From: Macrostomum lignano
Lineage: Eukaryota
Assembly (NCBI GenBank): GCA_002269645.1
Contig: NIVC01000316.1
Location: 1-27,366 of the forward strand
Reading direction: 5' to 3'
Length of the DNA stretch: 27,366 nt
Shown: one piece after another, positions 9,265-19,057 of the stretch
How the letters are laid out: the number at the start of each line of letters is the position of its first letter
Position numbering within the stretch: position 1 is the stretch's first letter
Made by a program: the position numbers and the translations under genes
The notes under the pieces: model-generated
The model's input: the letters and a program-made list of their open reading frames with translations, nothing else
The model's database searches: none
Told to the model about the DNA's origin: nothing

Positions 9265-11017
9265 GCTGCTGAACAAGGGCGCCCCCTGGCGATGGGACGC
9301 TGTGCAGGACGAAGCTTTTCGCAGGTGCAAGTCGCTACTCAGCCGGCACCGGTGCTCGGGCATTTCGACCGTCAGAAGCCGCTGGTGCTCGAGTGCGACG
9401 CCTCGCTTTACGGCATCGGCGCCGTCATCAGCCGACGGATCAACGGAGTCGACAGACCCGATACTCACAGCTCGAGAAGGAGGCGCTCGCGATCATCTAC
9501 GGAGATAAGAAATTCCACATGTACCTGTACGGCCGAGACTTCACGCTGACGCTGGTGAGCGACCACAAGCCGCTGCTCGGGCTGCTGCACCAGTCCAAGC
9601 CGATACCAGCACTGGCTTCTGGCAGAATCCAGCGGTGGGCGCTGCTCCTGGCCGGCTACCAGTACTCCATGGTCCACCGAGCGGGCAAGTCGCTGCTCCG
9701 AGCCGATGCGCTGAGTCGGCTGCCGCTGCCGGAGAAGCCGAAGGAAGCCAACTCCAGCTGAAGTCATCCTACTCATGGACTTCCTGGACGAGGGACCGGT
9801 GACAGCTCGGCCCATCCGGGCCTGGACTCGGACAGACCCGGACTTGTCCCGAGTTCTGCGCTTCACCGAGACCGGCTGCTGGCCGGAGCGGCCGCCACCT
9901 GAGCTGCAGCCGTACTGCACGCGAGCCGACCAGCTGAGCACCCAAGACGGCTGTCTGCTCTGGGGCTGCCGAGTCGTAGTTCCCGAGGCCGGTCGGGAGG
10001 CGCTGCTGCACTGCCTGCACCAGGGGCACCAGGGCGCCACGAGAATGAAGGCGCTGGCTAGAAGCGTTTTCTGGTATCCCAAGCTGGACGAGGCGATCGA
10101 GCGGCTGGTCACCGCGTGCACCGAGTGCCAGGAGATGCAGAAGTCGGCGGGTCCGTTTCCACTGCAGCCGTGGGCGTGGCCGGACAAGCCCTGGTCGCGC
10201 CTGCACATTGACTACGCCGGGCGGGTCCAAGGCCGGATGTTGCTCGTTGTCGTTGACGCCCACTCCAAATGGATGGACGTGTATGTGATGCCTTCGACGT
10301 TGTCGACTGCGACTATCGAGAAGCTGCGGTCCAGCTTGGTCCGAACCTGGTCAGCGCGGAGATGGAGACATTCCTGAGCAAGAACGGCATCCGGCACGTG
10401 CGCACGGCTCCGTACCACCCGGCGTCCAACAGCCAGGCAGAGCGAGCAGTTCAGACTCTGAAGCGTGAGCTGGCCAAGCAGCGAAGCGGCTCTTTGGAGA
10501 AGCGAGTCTCCCGGTTCCTCCTGACGTACCGAGTCACGCCGCATGCGACTACCGGGAGGGCTTCCTGCGAGTTGCTGATGGGGCGAAGGCTGAAATCGTT
10601 GCTCGACCGAGTCCGCCCTGACCTGCCCGCCCGGGTGGCCGTACAGCAGGCACTGCAGGAGCAGCACGACGCCCACGCGCACGACTGTCGCATTAATGTC
10701 GGCGACTCGGTGCTGGCGCGAGACTTCGCGAGTGACGGACGCTGGAGACATTTCTGGTGCGGCCGACTTCACGTGCCGGTTCGATGACGGCAGAGACGCA
10801 CACAGGCACGTGGACCAGGTGCTCAAGCCGGCCGCGGTCAGTCAGCTTCCGACCAAGCCACACCAGCGGCAGCGGTGCCGCAGTGCGATGGGTGCCGAAG
10901 GACGCACTTGAAGTTTTTGCTGACGGTGCTGCTGCTGAGGCGTAGCCAGACGCCATGCTGCATCTTCGCCGTTCGATGAGGAAGTGCGCTGCACCTGAGC
11001 GACTGACTTACAGCTGA
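9265..11017 (+). mobile_element. Degenerate Ty3/Gypsy LTR-retrotransposon pol fragment (RT connection/RNase H, integrase zinc-binding domain, rve core, C-terminal tail)
   Basis: Motifs across frames: CDASLYGIGAVI, YSQLEKEALAI, SDHKPL, ADALSRLP, HQGHQG...FWYP...CTEC, PWSRLHIDYAG, PYHPASNSQAERAV, YRVTPHATTG, and terminal RRSMRKCAAPERL with stop at 11015-11017. Frameshifts and deletions present. No RT catalytic core and no LTR seen. Confidence 0.92.
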
Positions 11018-11533
11018 AGTAACTGTTGTTGATGAACTCGATATTAGTACCCTTGTTGTGTTGTGTTGCTTTTGCTCGCTTCAATATGAGTTTGTATTTT
11101 GTATTTGCGCGAATTGTTGGCTTTTGAGCCCTCGTGAGTTTGTTTCGCCCGCCAAAAAGTTGACTCTGTTAAAGAGATCTCACGATCATTGAGGACAAAG
11201 CAACACTTGCATTCTTGGCAGGCTACTAAACCACGGATAACTAAGTAGTATACCGGAATTTTTACTTTTCCCTTCGAAATCAAGGTAAACACATAATTAG
11301 AGAAAATAAATTCAATATTCAACACAGAGCAGATTGCTCTTAATGCTTTGTGAACAAATTAATCAGTAGAAATCAAGCAACTGCAGACGAAACAAATGAC
11401 CTGTTGTATTTCTGTACGAATTTCATCATCATTATGACAGTAAGGTATATAAAAAAGAGTTGGACATTTTCAACAGTACAACATTGCAGCCAAAAATCAG
11501 GTAAATAGCAATGTCACTTCAATTTTGAATAGG

Positions 11534-12465
11534 GGGTTGAGGCCGATTCTCCAATAGGGGCTGAGGGCGATTCTCCAATAGGGGCTGAGGGCGATTCTCC
11601 AATAGGGACTGAGGCCGATTCTCCAATAGGGACTGAGGCCGATTCTCCAATAGGGGCTGAGGCCGATTCTCCAATAGGGACTGAGGCCGATTCTCCAATA
11701 GGGGCTGAGGGCGATTCTCCAATAGGGACTGAGGCCGATTCTCCAATAGGGGCTGAGGGCGATTCTCCAATAGGGACTGAGGCCGATTCTCCAATAGGGG
11801 CTGAGGGCGATTCTCCAATAGGGACTGAGGCCGATTCTCCAATAGGGACTGAGGCCGATTCTCCAATAGGGACTGAGGCGATTCTCCAATAGGGACTGAG
11901 GCGATTCTCCAATAGGGACTGAGGCCGATTCTCCAATAGGGACTGAGGCCGATTCTCCAATAGGGGCTGAGGCCGATTCTCCAATAGGGGTTGAGGCCGA
12001 TTCTCCAATAGGGGCTGAGGCCGATTCTCCAATAGGGGCTGTGGGCGATTCTCCAATAGGGGTTGAGGGCGATTCTCCAATAGGGGTTGAGGGCGATTCT
12101 CCAATAGGGGTTGAGGCCGATTCTCCAATAGGGGCTGAGGCCGATTCTCCAATAGGGGCTGAGGGCGATTCTCCAATAGGGGTTGAGGGCGATTCTCCAA
12201 TAGGGGTTGAGGGCGATTCTCCAATAGGGGCTGAGGCCGATTCTCCAATAGGGGCTGAGGCCGATTCTCCAATAGGGGCTGAGGCCGATTCTCCAATAAG
12301 GGCTGAGGCCGATTCTCCAATAGGGGTTGAGGGCGATTCTCCAATAGGGGTTGAGGGCGATTCTCCAATAGGGGCTGAGGCCGATTCTCCAATAGGGGCT
12401 GAGGCCGATTCTCCAATAGGGGTTGAGGGCGATTCTCCAATAGGGCTGAGGGCGATTCTCCAGCG
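11534..12465. repeat. 24-bp tandem array GAGG(G/C)CGATTCTCCAATAGGG(G/A)(C/T)T just downstream of the COASY stop
   Basis: About 39 copies, with variants arranged in blocks. Confidence 0.97.
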
Positions 12466-12492
12466 GAATCAATGAACACAAAAAAAACTGAT

Positions 12493-12837
12493 CTACAAAT
12501 TCGACTGCGGACCCGGAGTAGCGCCCAATCGTTCCCTTAGCAACCGTTTCCAGGCCAGCTCAACTTGAGCCTGGGTGGCCTCCGGCTCCCACAGGGTGCA
12601 CAAAGCGACGCTGGCCCAGCTGAGCCGGTCCGCATCGGTCAGCTGAGCGGCCAGTCGAGCCTGCGCCGCCTCCTCCGTCAGGCCGTCCCGCTCCGTCAGC
12701 CGCTTGACCGCCTCCCGCTTCGGGATTAGGCAGAGCCACACTTCGTGGCAGAGGCACTGCCACTCGGCTTCTAGGAGCACGGCAGCGTCAAGGACTACGA
12801 CGTCTGGACTGGCCGACTGGGGGCCGGAGTGCACAGC
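12493..12837 (-). CDS. COASY: COASY exon 4 (dephospho-CoA kinase C-terminal half, stop codon)
   Basis: CCCCCAG|GCT acceptor. VVVLDAAVLLEAEW...HEVW...EAVKRLTERDGLTEEAAQARLAAQ. TAG at 12493-12495. Confidence 0.93.
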   Translation of the reverse strand, partial: AVHSGPQSASPDVVVLDAAVLLEAEWQCLCHEVWLCLIPKREAVKRLTERDGLTEEAAQARLAAQLTDADRLSWASVALCTLWEPEATQAQVELAWKRLLRERLGATPGPQSNL

Positions 12838-12874
12838 CTGGGGGTAGGCGATTTTGTTCCGGTTCTTTAGGTGG

Positions 12875-13400
12875 CGAGGGCGATTATCTTTAGATTTGAG
12901 GGCGATTCTCCTATGAGATTTGAGGGCGATTCTCCTATGAGATTTCAGGGCGATTCTCCTATGAGATTTGAGGGCGATTCTTCTATGAGATTTGAGGGCG
13001 ATTCTCCTATGAGATTTGAGGGCGATTCTCCTATGAGATTTGAGGGCGATTCTCCTATAAGATTTGAGGGCGATTCTCCTATGAGATTTGAGGGCAATTA
13101 TCCTATGAGAATTGAGAGCGATTCTCCTACGAGATTTGAGGGCGATTCTTCTATGAAATTTGAGGGCGATTCTCCTACGAGATTTGAGGGCGATTCTCCT
13201 ATGAGCAAGAGATTTGAGAGCGATTCTCCTATGAGTATGAGATTTGAGAGCGATTCTCATATGAGATTTGAGGGCGATTCTACAGGTGGCTGAGGGAGAT
13301 TCTAGAGGTGGCTGAGGGAGATTCTAGAGGTGGCTGAGGGAGATTCTACAGGTGGCTGAGGGAGATTCTATAGGTGGCTGAGGGAGATTCTACAGGTGGC
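12875..13400. repeat. Compound array in COASY intron 3: 24-bp GAGGGCGATTCTCCTATGAGATTT followed by 22-bp GAGGGAGATTCTACAGGTGGCT
   Basis: About 16 copies of the 24-mer (12875-13280) then about 5 of the 22-mer. Confidence 0.95.
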
Positions 13401-13424
13401 AGCGGCGGATTCTGCATGACGAAC

Positions 13425-13807
13425 CTCTAAAGCCAAGCGCCGGATCTCCGGCCAGACGATGTCGTTCAGTCGCTGTCTGGCCGACTGGTCGGCGAAGACG
13501 CGCCGGCCAAGCGCCTTCCGGTCGATGGCGCCGTCCGGTCCGTCCGGCGCGATCTCTGGCCCGAACTCGGCCAGCAGGCGGCGATGGCAGGCGGTGCCGG
13601 GCGCGTAGGCGGCGTGGCCGAGCCGGTCGCAGTCGACGACGCGGGCGCCGAGACCGGCGAGGCGGCGGCCGACGCTGCTCTTGCCCGAGCCGGAGCCGCC
13701 CGTGAGGCCGAGCACATAAGGCCGTCCGGGCACCGGCGGGCGGAGCGGCGGACGGAGCGGCGCGCCCAGCAGGCGGTACCGACCGGTTGAGGAGCTGAGC
13801 TTCGTCT
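13425..13807 (-). CDS. COASY: COASY exon 3 (PPAT end and DPCK P-loop)
   Basis: ACCCAG|AG acceptor (phase 1). KLSSSTGRYRLLG, YVLGLTGGSGSGKS, VVDCDRLGHAAY, IDRKALGRRVF, LNDIVWPEI. GAG|GTTCGT donor. Confidence 0.95.
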
Positions 13808-13811
13808 CTGG

Positions 13812-14952
13812 GTTGAACAGGTCGGGGTGAACAGGTTGGTGTGAACAGGTTGGGGTGAACAGGTTGAGGTGAACAGGTCGGGGTGAACAGGTTGGTGTGA
13901 ACAGCTTGGGGTGAACAGGTTGAGGTGAACAGATTGGTGTGAACAGGTCGGGGTGAACAGGTCGGGGTGAACAGGTCGGGGTGAACAGGTCGGGGTGAAC
14001 AGGTTGGTGTGAACAGGTTGAGGTGAACAGGTTGGGGTTAACAGATTGGGATGAACAGGTTGGGGTGAACAGGTTGGGGTGAACAGGTTGGGGTGAACAG
14101 GTCGGGGTGAACAGGTTGGTGTGAACAGGTTGAGGTGAACAGGTTGAGGTGAACAGATTGGTGTGAACAGGTTGGGGTGAACAGGTTAGGGTGAACAGCT
14201 TGGTGTGAACAGCTTGGGTGAACAGGTTAGGGTGAACAGGTTGGGGTGAACAGGTTAGGGTGAACAGCTTGGGGTGAACAGCCTGGGGTGAACAGGTTAG
14301 GGTGAACAGGTTGGGGTGAACAGGTTGGGGTGAACAGGTTGGGGTGAAAAGGTCGGGGTGAACAGGTTGGTGTGAACAGGTCGGGGTGAACAGGTTGATG
14401 TGAACAGATTGGGGTGAACAGGTTGAGGTGAACAGCTTGGGGTTAACAGGTTGAGGTGAACAGATTGGTGTGAACAGATTGGTGTGAACAGGTCGGGGTG
14501 AACAGGTTGGTGTGAACAGGTTGAGGTGAATAGGTTGGGGTGAACAGGTTGGGGTGAACAGGTTGGGGTGAACAGGTTGGGTGAACAGGCTAGGGTGAAC
14601 AGGTTGAGGTGAACAGGTTGGGGTGAACAGGTTGGAGTGAACAGGTTAGGGTGAACAGGTTGGTGTGAACAGGTTGAGGTGAACAAGTTGGGGTGAACAG
14701 GTTGAGGTGAACAGATTGGTGTGAACAGGTTGGCGTGAACAGGTTAGGGTGAACAGGTTGGGGTGAACAGGTTGGGGTGAACAGGTTGGGGTGAACAGGT
14801 TAGGGTGAACAGGTTGGGGTGAACAGGTTGGGGTGAACAGGTTGGGGTGAACAGGTTGGGGTGAACAGGTTAGGGTGAACAGGTTGGGGTGAACAGGTTA
14901 GGGTGAACAGGTTAGGGTGAACAGGTTGGGGTGAACAGGTTAGGGTGAACAG
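13812..14952. repeat. 14-bp tandem array GGTGAACAGGTTGG filling COASY intron 2
   Basis: About 80 copies occupying nearly the entire 1155-bp intron. Confidence 0.97.
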
Positions 14953-14962
14953 GCTCCCTCAC

Positions 14963-15452
14963 CATTAATCGGTGCCGGAGTCGCTCCCTCCTCCTCCTGG
15001 GCAAAGGGCACGCAATGGACGGGCAGTTCCGGCCACCCGGCCGCTGTCCGAGCCGCGTTGATCCGGTCGCAGCCCGACCGGGTCTCCGGACTGGCCACCA
15101 GGGCCTGGTAGTCGGCCTGGCGGGCCGGCGGGCCCAGCGGCTCGGCCAGCTCGGTCACATGATACACGGGCCCGTCCGGCCGGGTGTCGGCCAGGAAGTC
15201 CACTACAGCGGCCGCCCGCTCTCGATACGACTGAATTAAATCCGGCAGCACTTTGTTGCCTAGCAACCCGGGCCCGGTGATGCCGATTGTGAGCACCCGG
15301 CTGGCAAGCAGCGCCCCGGTGGCGAGCAGGATCTTGTGTCCTGAGTGCAGCCGGTCGAAGGTGCCGCCAAGGGCCACGTTGGCAAACTGGTCGGGCCGCC
15401 AGTCCGGGTCGGCCAAGTCCTCCTCGGGCTCCTCGGGCTCCGGGTGCTCCAC
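14963..15452 (-). CDS. COASY: COASY exon 2 (phosphopantetheine adenylyltransferase domain)
   Basis: TCCCAG|GTG acceptor. VALGGTFDRLHSGHKILL (HxGH motif) and ALVASPET. AAT G|GTGAGG donor (phase 1). Confidence 0.95.
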
Positions 15453-15639
15453 CTGGGATGGGGGATTCGGATGGGAAGGATTAAAAAATAGACGAGAAGT
15501 TGCGGTCAGATTACACAATAAAAAATTATATGATTATAAAAATATGAGTTCCTACAGGTAGTTGAGGGCGATTTTCCTTTGAGAATTGAGGGCAATTTTA
15601 CAGGTGACTGAAGAAGATTCTGCAGGTCAAAAAGACGGG

Positions 15640-18060
15640 AAGATACGAGAAGATATGGGAAGATTTGGGAAGATTTGGAAGATATGGAAAGATGCGGAGG
15701 GATACGGGAAGATACAAGCGATACGGAAAGATACGGGAAGATACAAGCGATACGGGAAGATACAAGCGATACGGGAAGATACAAGCGATACGGGAAGATG
15801 CGGGAAAGTACGGGAAGATACGGGAAGATACAAGCGATACGGGAAGATGCGGGAAAGTACGGGAAGATACGGGAAGATACAAGCGATACGGAAAGATGCG
15901 GGAAAGTACGGGAAGATACGGGAAGATACAAGCGATACGGGAAGATGCGGGAAAGTACGGGAAGATACGGGAAGATACAAGCGATACGGGAAGATGCGGG
16001 AAAGTACGGGAAGATACGGGAAGATACAAGCGATACGGGAAGATGCGGGAAAGTACGGGAAGATACGGGAAGATACAAGCGATACGGGAAGATGCGGGAA
16101 AGTACGGGAAGATACGGGAAGATACAAGCGATACGGGAAGATGCGGGAAAGTACGGGAAGATACGGGAAGATACAAGCGATACGGAAAGATGCGGGAAAG
16201 TACGGGAAGATACGGGAAGATACAAGCGATACGGGAAGATGCGGGAAAGTACGGGAAGATACGGGAAGATACAAGCGATACGGGAAGATGCGGGAAAGTA
16301 CGGGAAGATACGGGAAGATACAAGCGATACGGGAAGATGCGGGAAAGTACGGGAAGATACGGGAAGATACAAGCGATACGGGAAGATGCGGGAAAGTACG
16401 GGAAGATACGGGAAGATACAAGCGATACGGGAAGATGCGGGAAAGTACGGGAAGATACGGGAAGATACAAGCGATACGGAAGATGCGGGAAAGTACGGGA
16501 AGATACGGGAAGATACAAGCGATACGGGAAGATGCGGGAAAGTACGGGAAGATACGGGAAGATACAAGCGATACGGGAAGATGCGGGAAAGTACGGGAAG
16601 ATACGGGAAGATACAAGCGATACGGGAAGATGCGGGAAAGTACGGGAAGATACGGGAAGATACAAGCGATACGGGAAGATGCGGGAAAGTACGGGAAGAT
16701 ACGGGAAGATACAAGCGATACGGGAAGATGCGGGAAAGTACGGGAAGATACGGGAAGATACAAGCGATACGGAAAGATGCGGGAAAGTACGGGAAGATAC
16801 GGGAAGATACAAGCGATACGGGAAGATGCGGGAAAGTACGGGAAGATACGGGAAGATACAAGCGATACGGGAAGATGCGGGAAAGTACGGGAAGATACGG
16901 GAAGATACAAGCGATACGGGAAGATGCGGGAAAGTACGGGAAGATACGGGAAGATACAAGCGATACGGGAAGATGCGGGAAAGTACGGGAAGATACGGGA
17001 AGATACAAGCGATACGGGAAGATGCGGGAAAGTACGGGAAGATACGGGAAGATACAAGCGATACGGGAAGATGCGGGAAAGTACGGGAAGATACGGGAAG
17101 ATACAAGCGATACGGGAAGATGCGGGAAAGTACGGGAAGATACGGGAAGATACAAGCGATACGGGAAGATGCGGGAAAGTACGGGAAGATACGGGAAGAT
17201 ACAAGCGATACGGGAAGATGCGGGAAAGTACGGGAAGATACGGGAAGATACAAGCGATACGGGAAGATGCGGGAAAGTACGGGAAGATACGGGAAGATAC
17301 AAGCGATACGGAAAGATGCGGGAAAGTACGGGAAGATACGGGAAGATACAAGCGATACGGGAAGATGCGGGAAAGTACGGGAAGATACGGGAAGATACAA
17401 GCGATACGGGAAGATGCGGGAAAGTACGGGAAGATACGGGAAGATACAAGCGATACGGGAAGATGCGGGAAAGTACGGGAAGATACGGGAAGATACAAGC
17501 GATACGGAAAGATGCGGGAAAGTACGGGAAGATACGGGAAGATACAAGCGATACGGGAAGATGCGGGAAAGTACGGGAAGATACGGGAAGATACAAGCGA
17601 TACGGGAAGATGCGGGAAAGTACGGGAAGATACGGGAAGATACAAGCGATACGGAAAGATGCGGGAAAGTACGGGAAGATACGGGAAGATACAAGCGATA
17701 CGGGAAGATGCGGGAAAGTACGGGAAGATACGGGAAGATACAAGCGATACGGAAAGATGCGGGAAAGTACGGGAAGATACGGGAAGATACAAGCGATACG
17801 GAAAGATGCGGGAAAGTACGGGAAGATACGGGAAGATACAAGCGATACGGGAAGATGCGGGAAAGTACGGGAAGATACGGGAAGATACAAGCGATACGGG
17901 AAGATGCGGGAAAGTACGGGAAGATACGGGAAGATACAAGCGATACGGGAAGATGCGGGAAAGTACGGGAAGATACGGGAAGATACAAGCGATACGGGAA
18001 GATGCGGGAAAGTACGGGAAGATACGGGAAGATACAAGCGATTCGGGAAGATACGCAAAA
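15640..18060. repeat. 49-bp higher-order array (9+10+10+10+10 monomers related to GGGAAGATAC), COASY intron 1
   Basis: Unit AAGCGATAC GGGAAGATGC GGGAAAGTAC GGGAAGATAC GGGAAGATAC, about 46 copies. It explains the 49-aa periodicity of the six long ORFs. Confidence 0.97.
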
Positions 18061-18125
18061 TGTGGAAAGATATGAAAATAAGCAGGAAGATTACAAGATG
18101 CGGGAAGATCTGCATTCAAGCTCAC

Positions 18126-18455
18126 CGTCAGAGCCTCTGCCATTCCGGGCCGGCCAGCTAGGTACCTGTTGGCCAAGTCAACAGCCTGCCCAGGTGACAA
18201 GCTCGGACAATCATGCATGAGCAGGTCGCAGACTCGGCCAGCATGTTTCGGCCAGTCCGGGTGCAGGTAGCGAACATCCAGGCCGGGACGGGTGGGCTGG
18301 CTATAGCATAGGCTGATGGTTCTGGGGGTCAGGGGCGCTCGCTCCAGGCAGAGATAGAGGCGGCCGCGCACTCGCTCACCAGCCAGGCGAAGCAGACGCT
18401 GCAGGTGATGGCGGGTGATGGCCTGGGTAACCAATAGCAACCCACTGTCATGCAT
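18126..18455 (-). CDS. COASY: COASY exon 1 (N-terminal region)
   Basis: MHDSGLLLVT resembles the SGLLVL start of animal COASY, and LDVRYL is present. ACG|GTGAGC donor is phase 0. The four exons join in frame: 330+490+383+345 = 1548 nt, 515 aa. Confidence 0.85.
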
Positions 18456-18671
18456 GCTTGCTCATGAATATTGTTAGATTTGTTAGAGATTAACTAGGGG
18501 CAAGCTAGCAACCAGGAAGAAAAATACTAGATAATAAACCTTTATAGAAAATTGATACTATCAAAAAGCATTGCCCCTATTCATTTAATCAGGCCCAATC
18601 AAAACATTTATACATTTTTGAAAAATATGGTTTTAAAGGCTATCAAAAAATCAAAACATACTGTTTAGAAG

Positions 18672-19057
18672 CAGGGATCAACCAACCACGATTTTTGTGC
18701 ATGATTGGAACTAGACTGTGCATGAAATTGTGCATGACCTTGAATTTTTTTTATAATATACATTTTAATTTAAACACAGAATGATTACAGATTAGTGTTA
18801 ATACTACCAAGTCTTGTATTTTTATTGATTTTTAAGCTTTGTTTATCATGTTTATTGTTTGACCATTTTCATTACATGGCTTTGTTACATCTGCACTGAT
18901 TTGTTGCAATTTTGGTTTGCTTTGGTTGTGCTATGACTTAAAAAAGTAAAATTTAATTCACAAAATTCAAAAATTGTGATTGGCAAAAGACTGTGCATGA
19001 TTTTTTCCTTCTGATTACAGTTTTTTTGATTGTCAGTATGATCACAGTTGATCCCTA
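18672..19057. mobile_element. Putative non-autonomous TIR DNA transposon (MITE, hAT-like ends)
   Basis: CAGGGATCAAC at 18672 and GTTGATCCCTA ending at 19057. Four TGTGCATGA motifs near the ends. Flanking 8-mers TTTAGAAG and GCTAAAAG match at only 5 of 8 positions. Confidence 0.45.

Noticed and set aside
11018-11500. Search for PPT and 3' LTR after the pol stop
   Set aside because: No polypurine tract followed by TG, and no matching direct repeat upstream of pol.
11497-13293. ORFs with LENRPQPL, EGDSPIG or RRIALKSH repeats
   Set aside because: Translations of the 24-bp arrays; only the 12493-12837 portion is real (COASY exon 4).
15506-18220. Six overlapping ORFs of 800-940 aa
   Set aside because: A stop-free 49-bp unit inside COASY intron 1; all frames on a strand are permutations of one 49-aa repeat.
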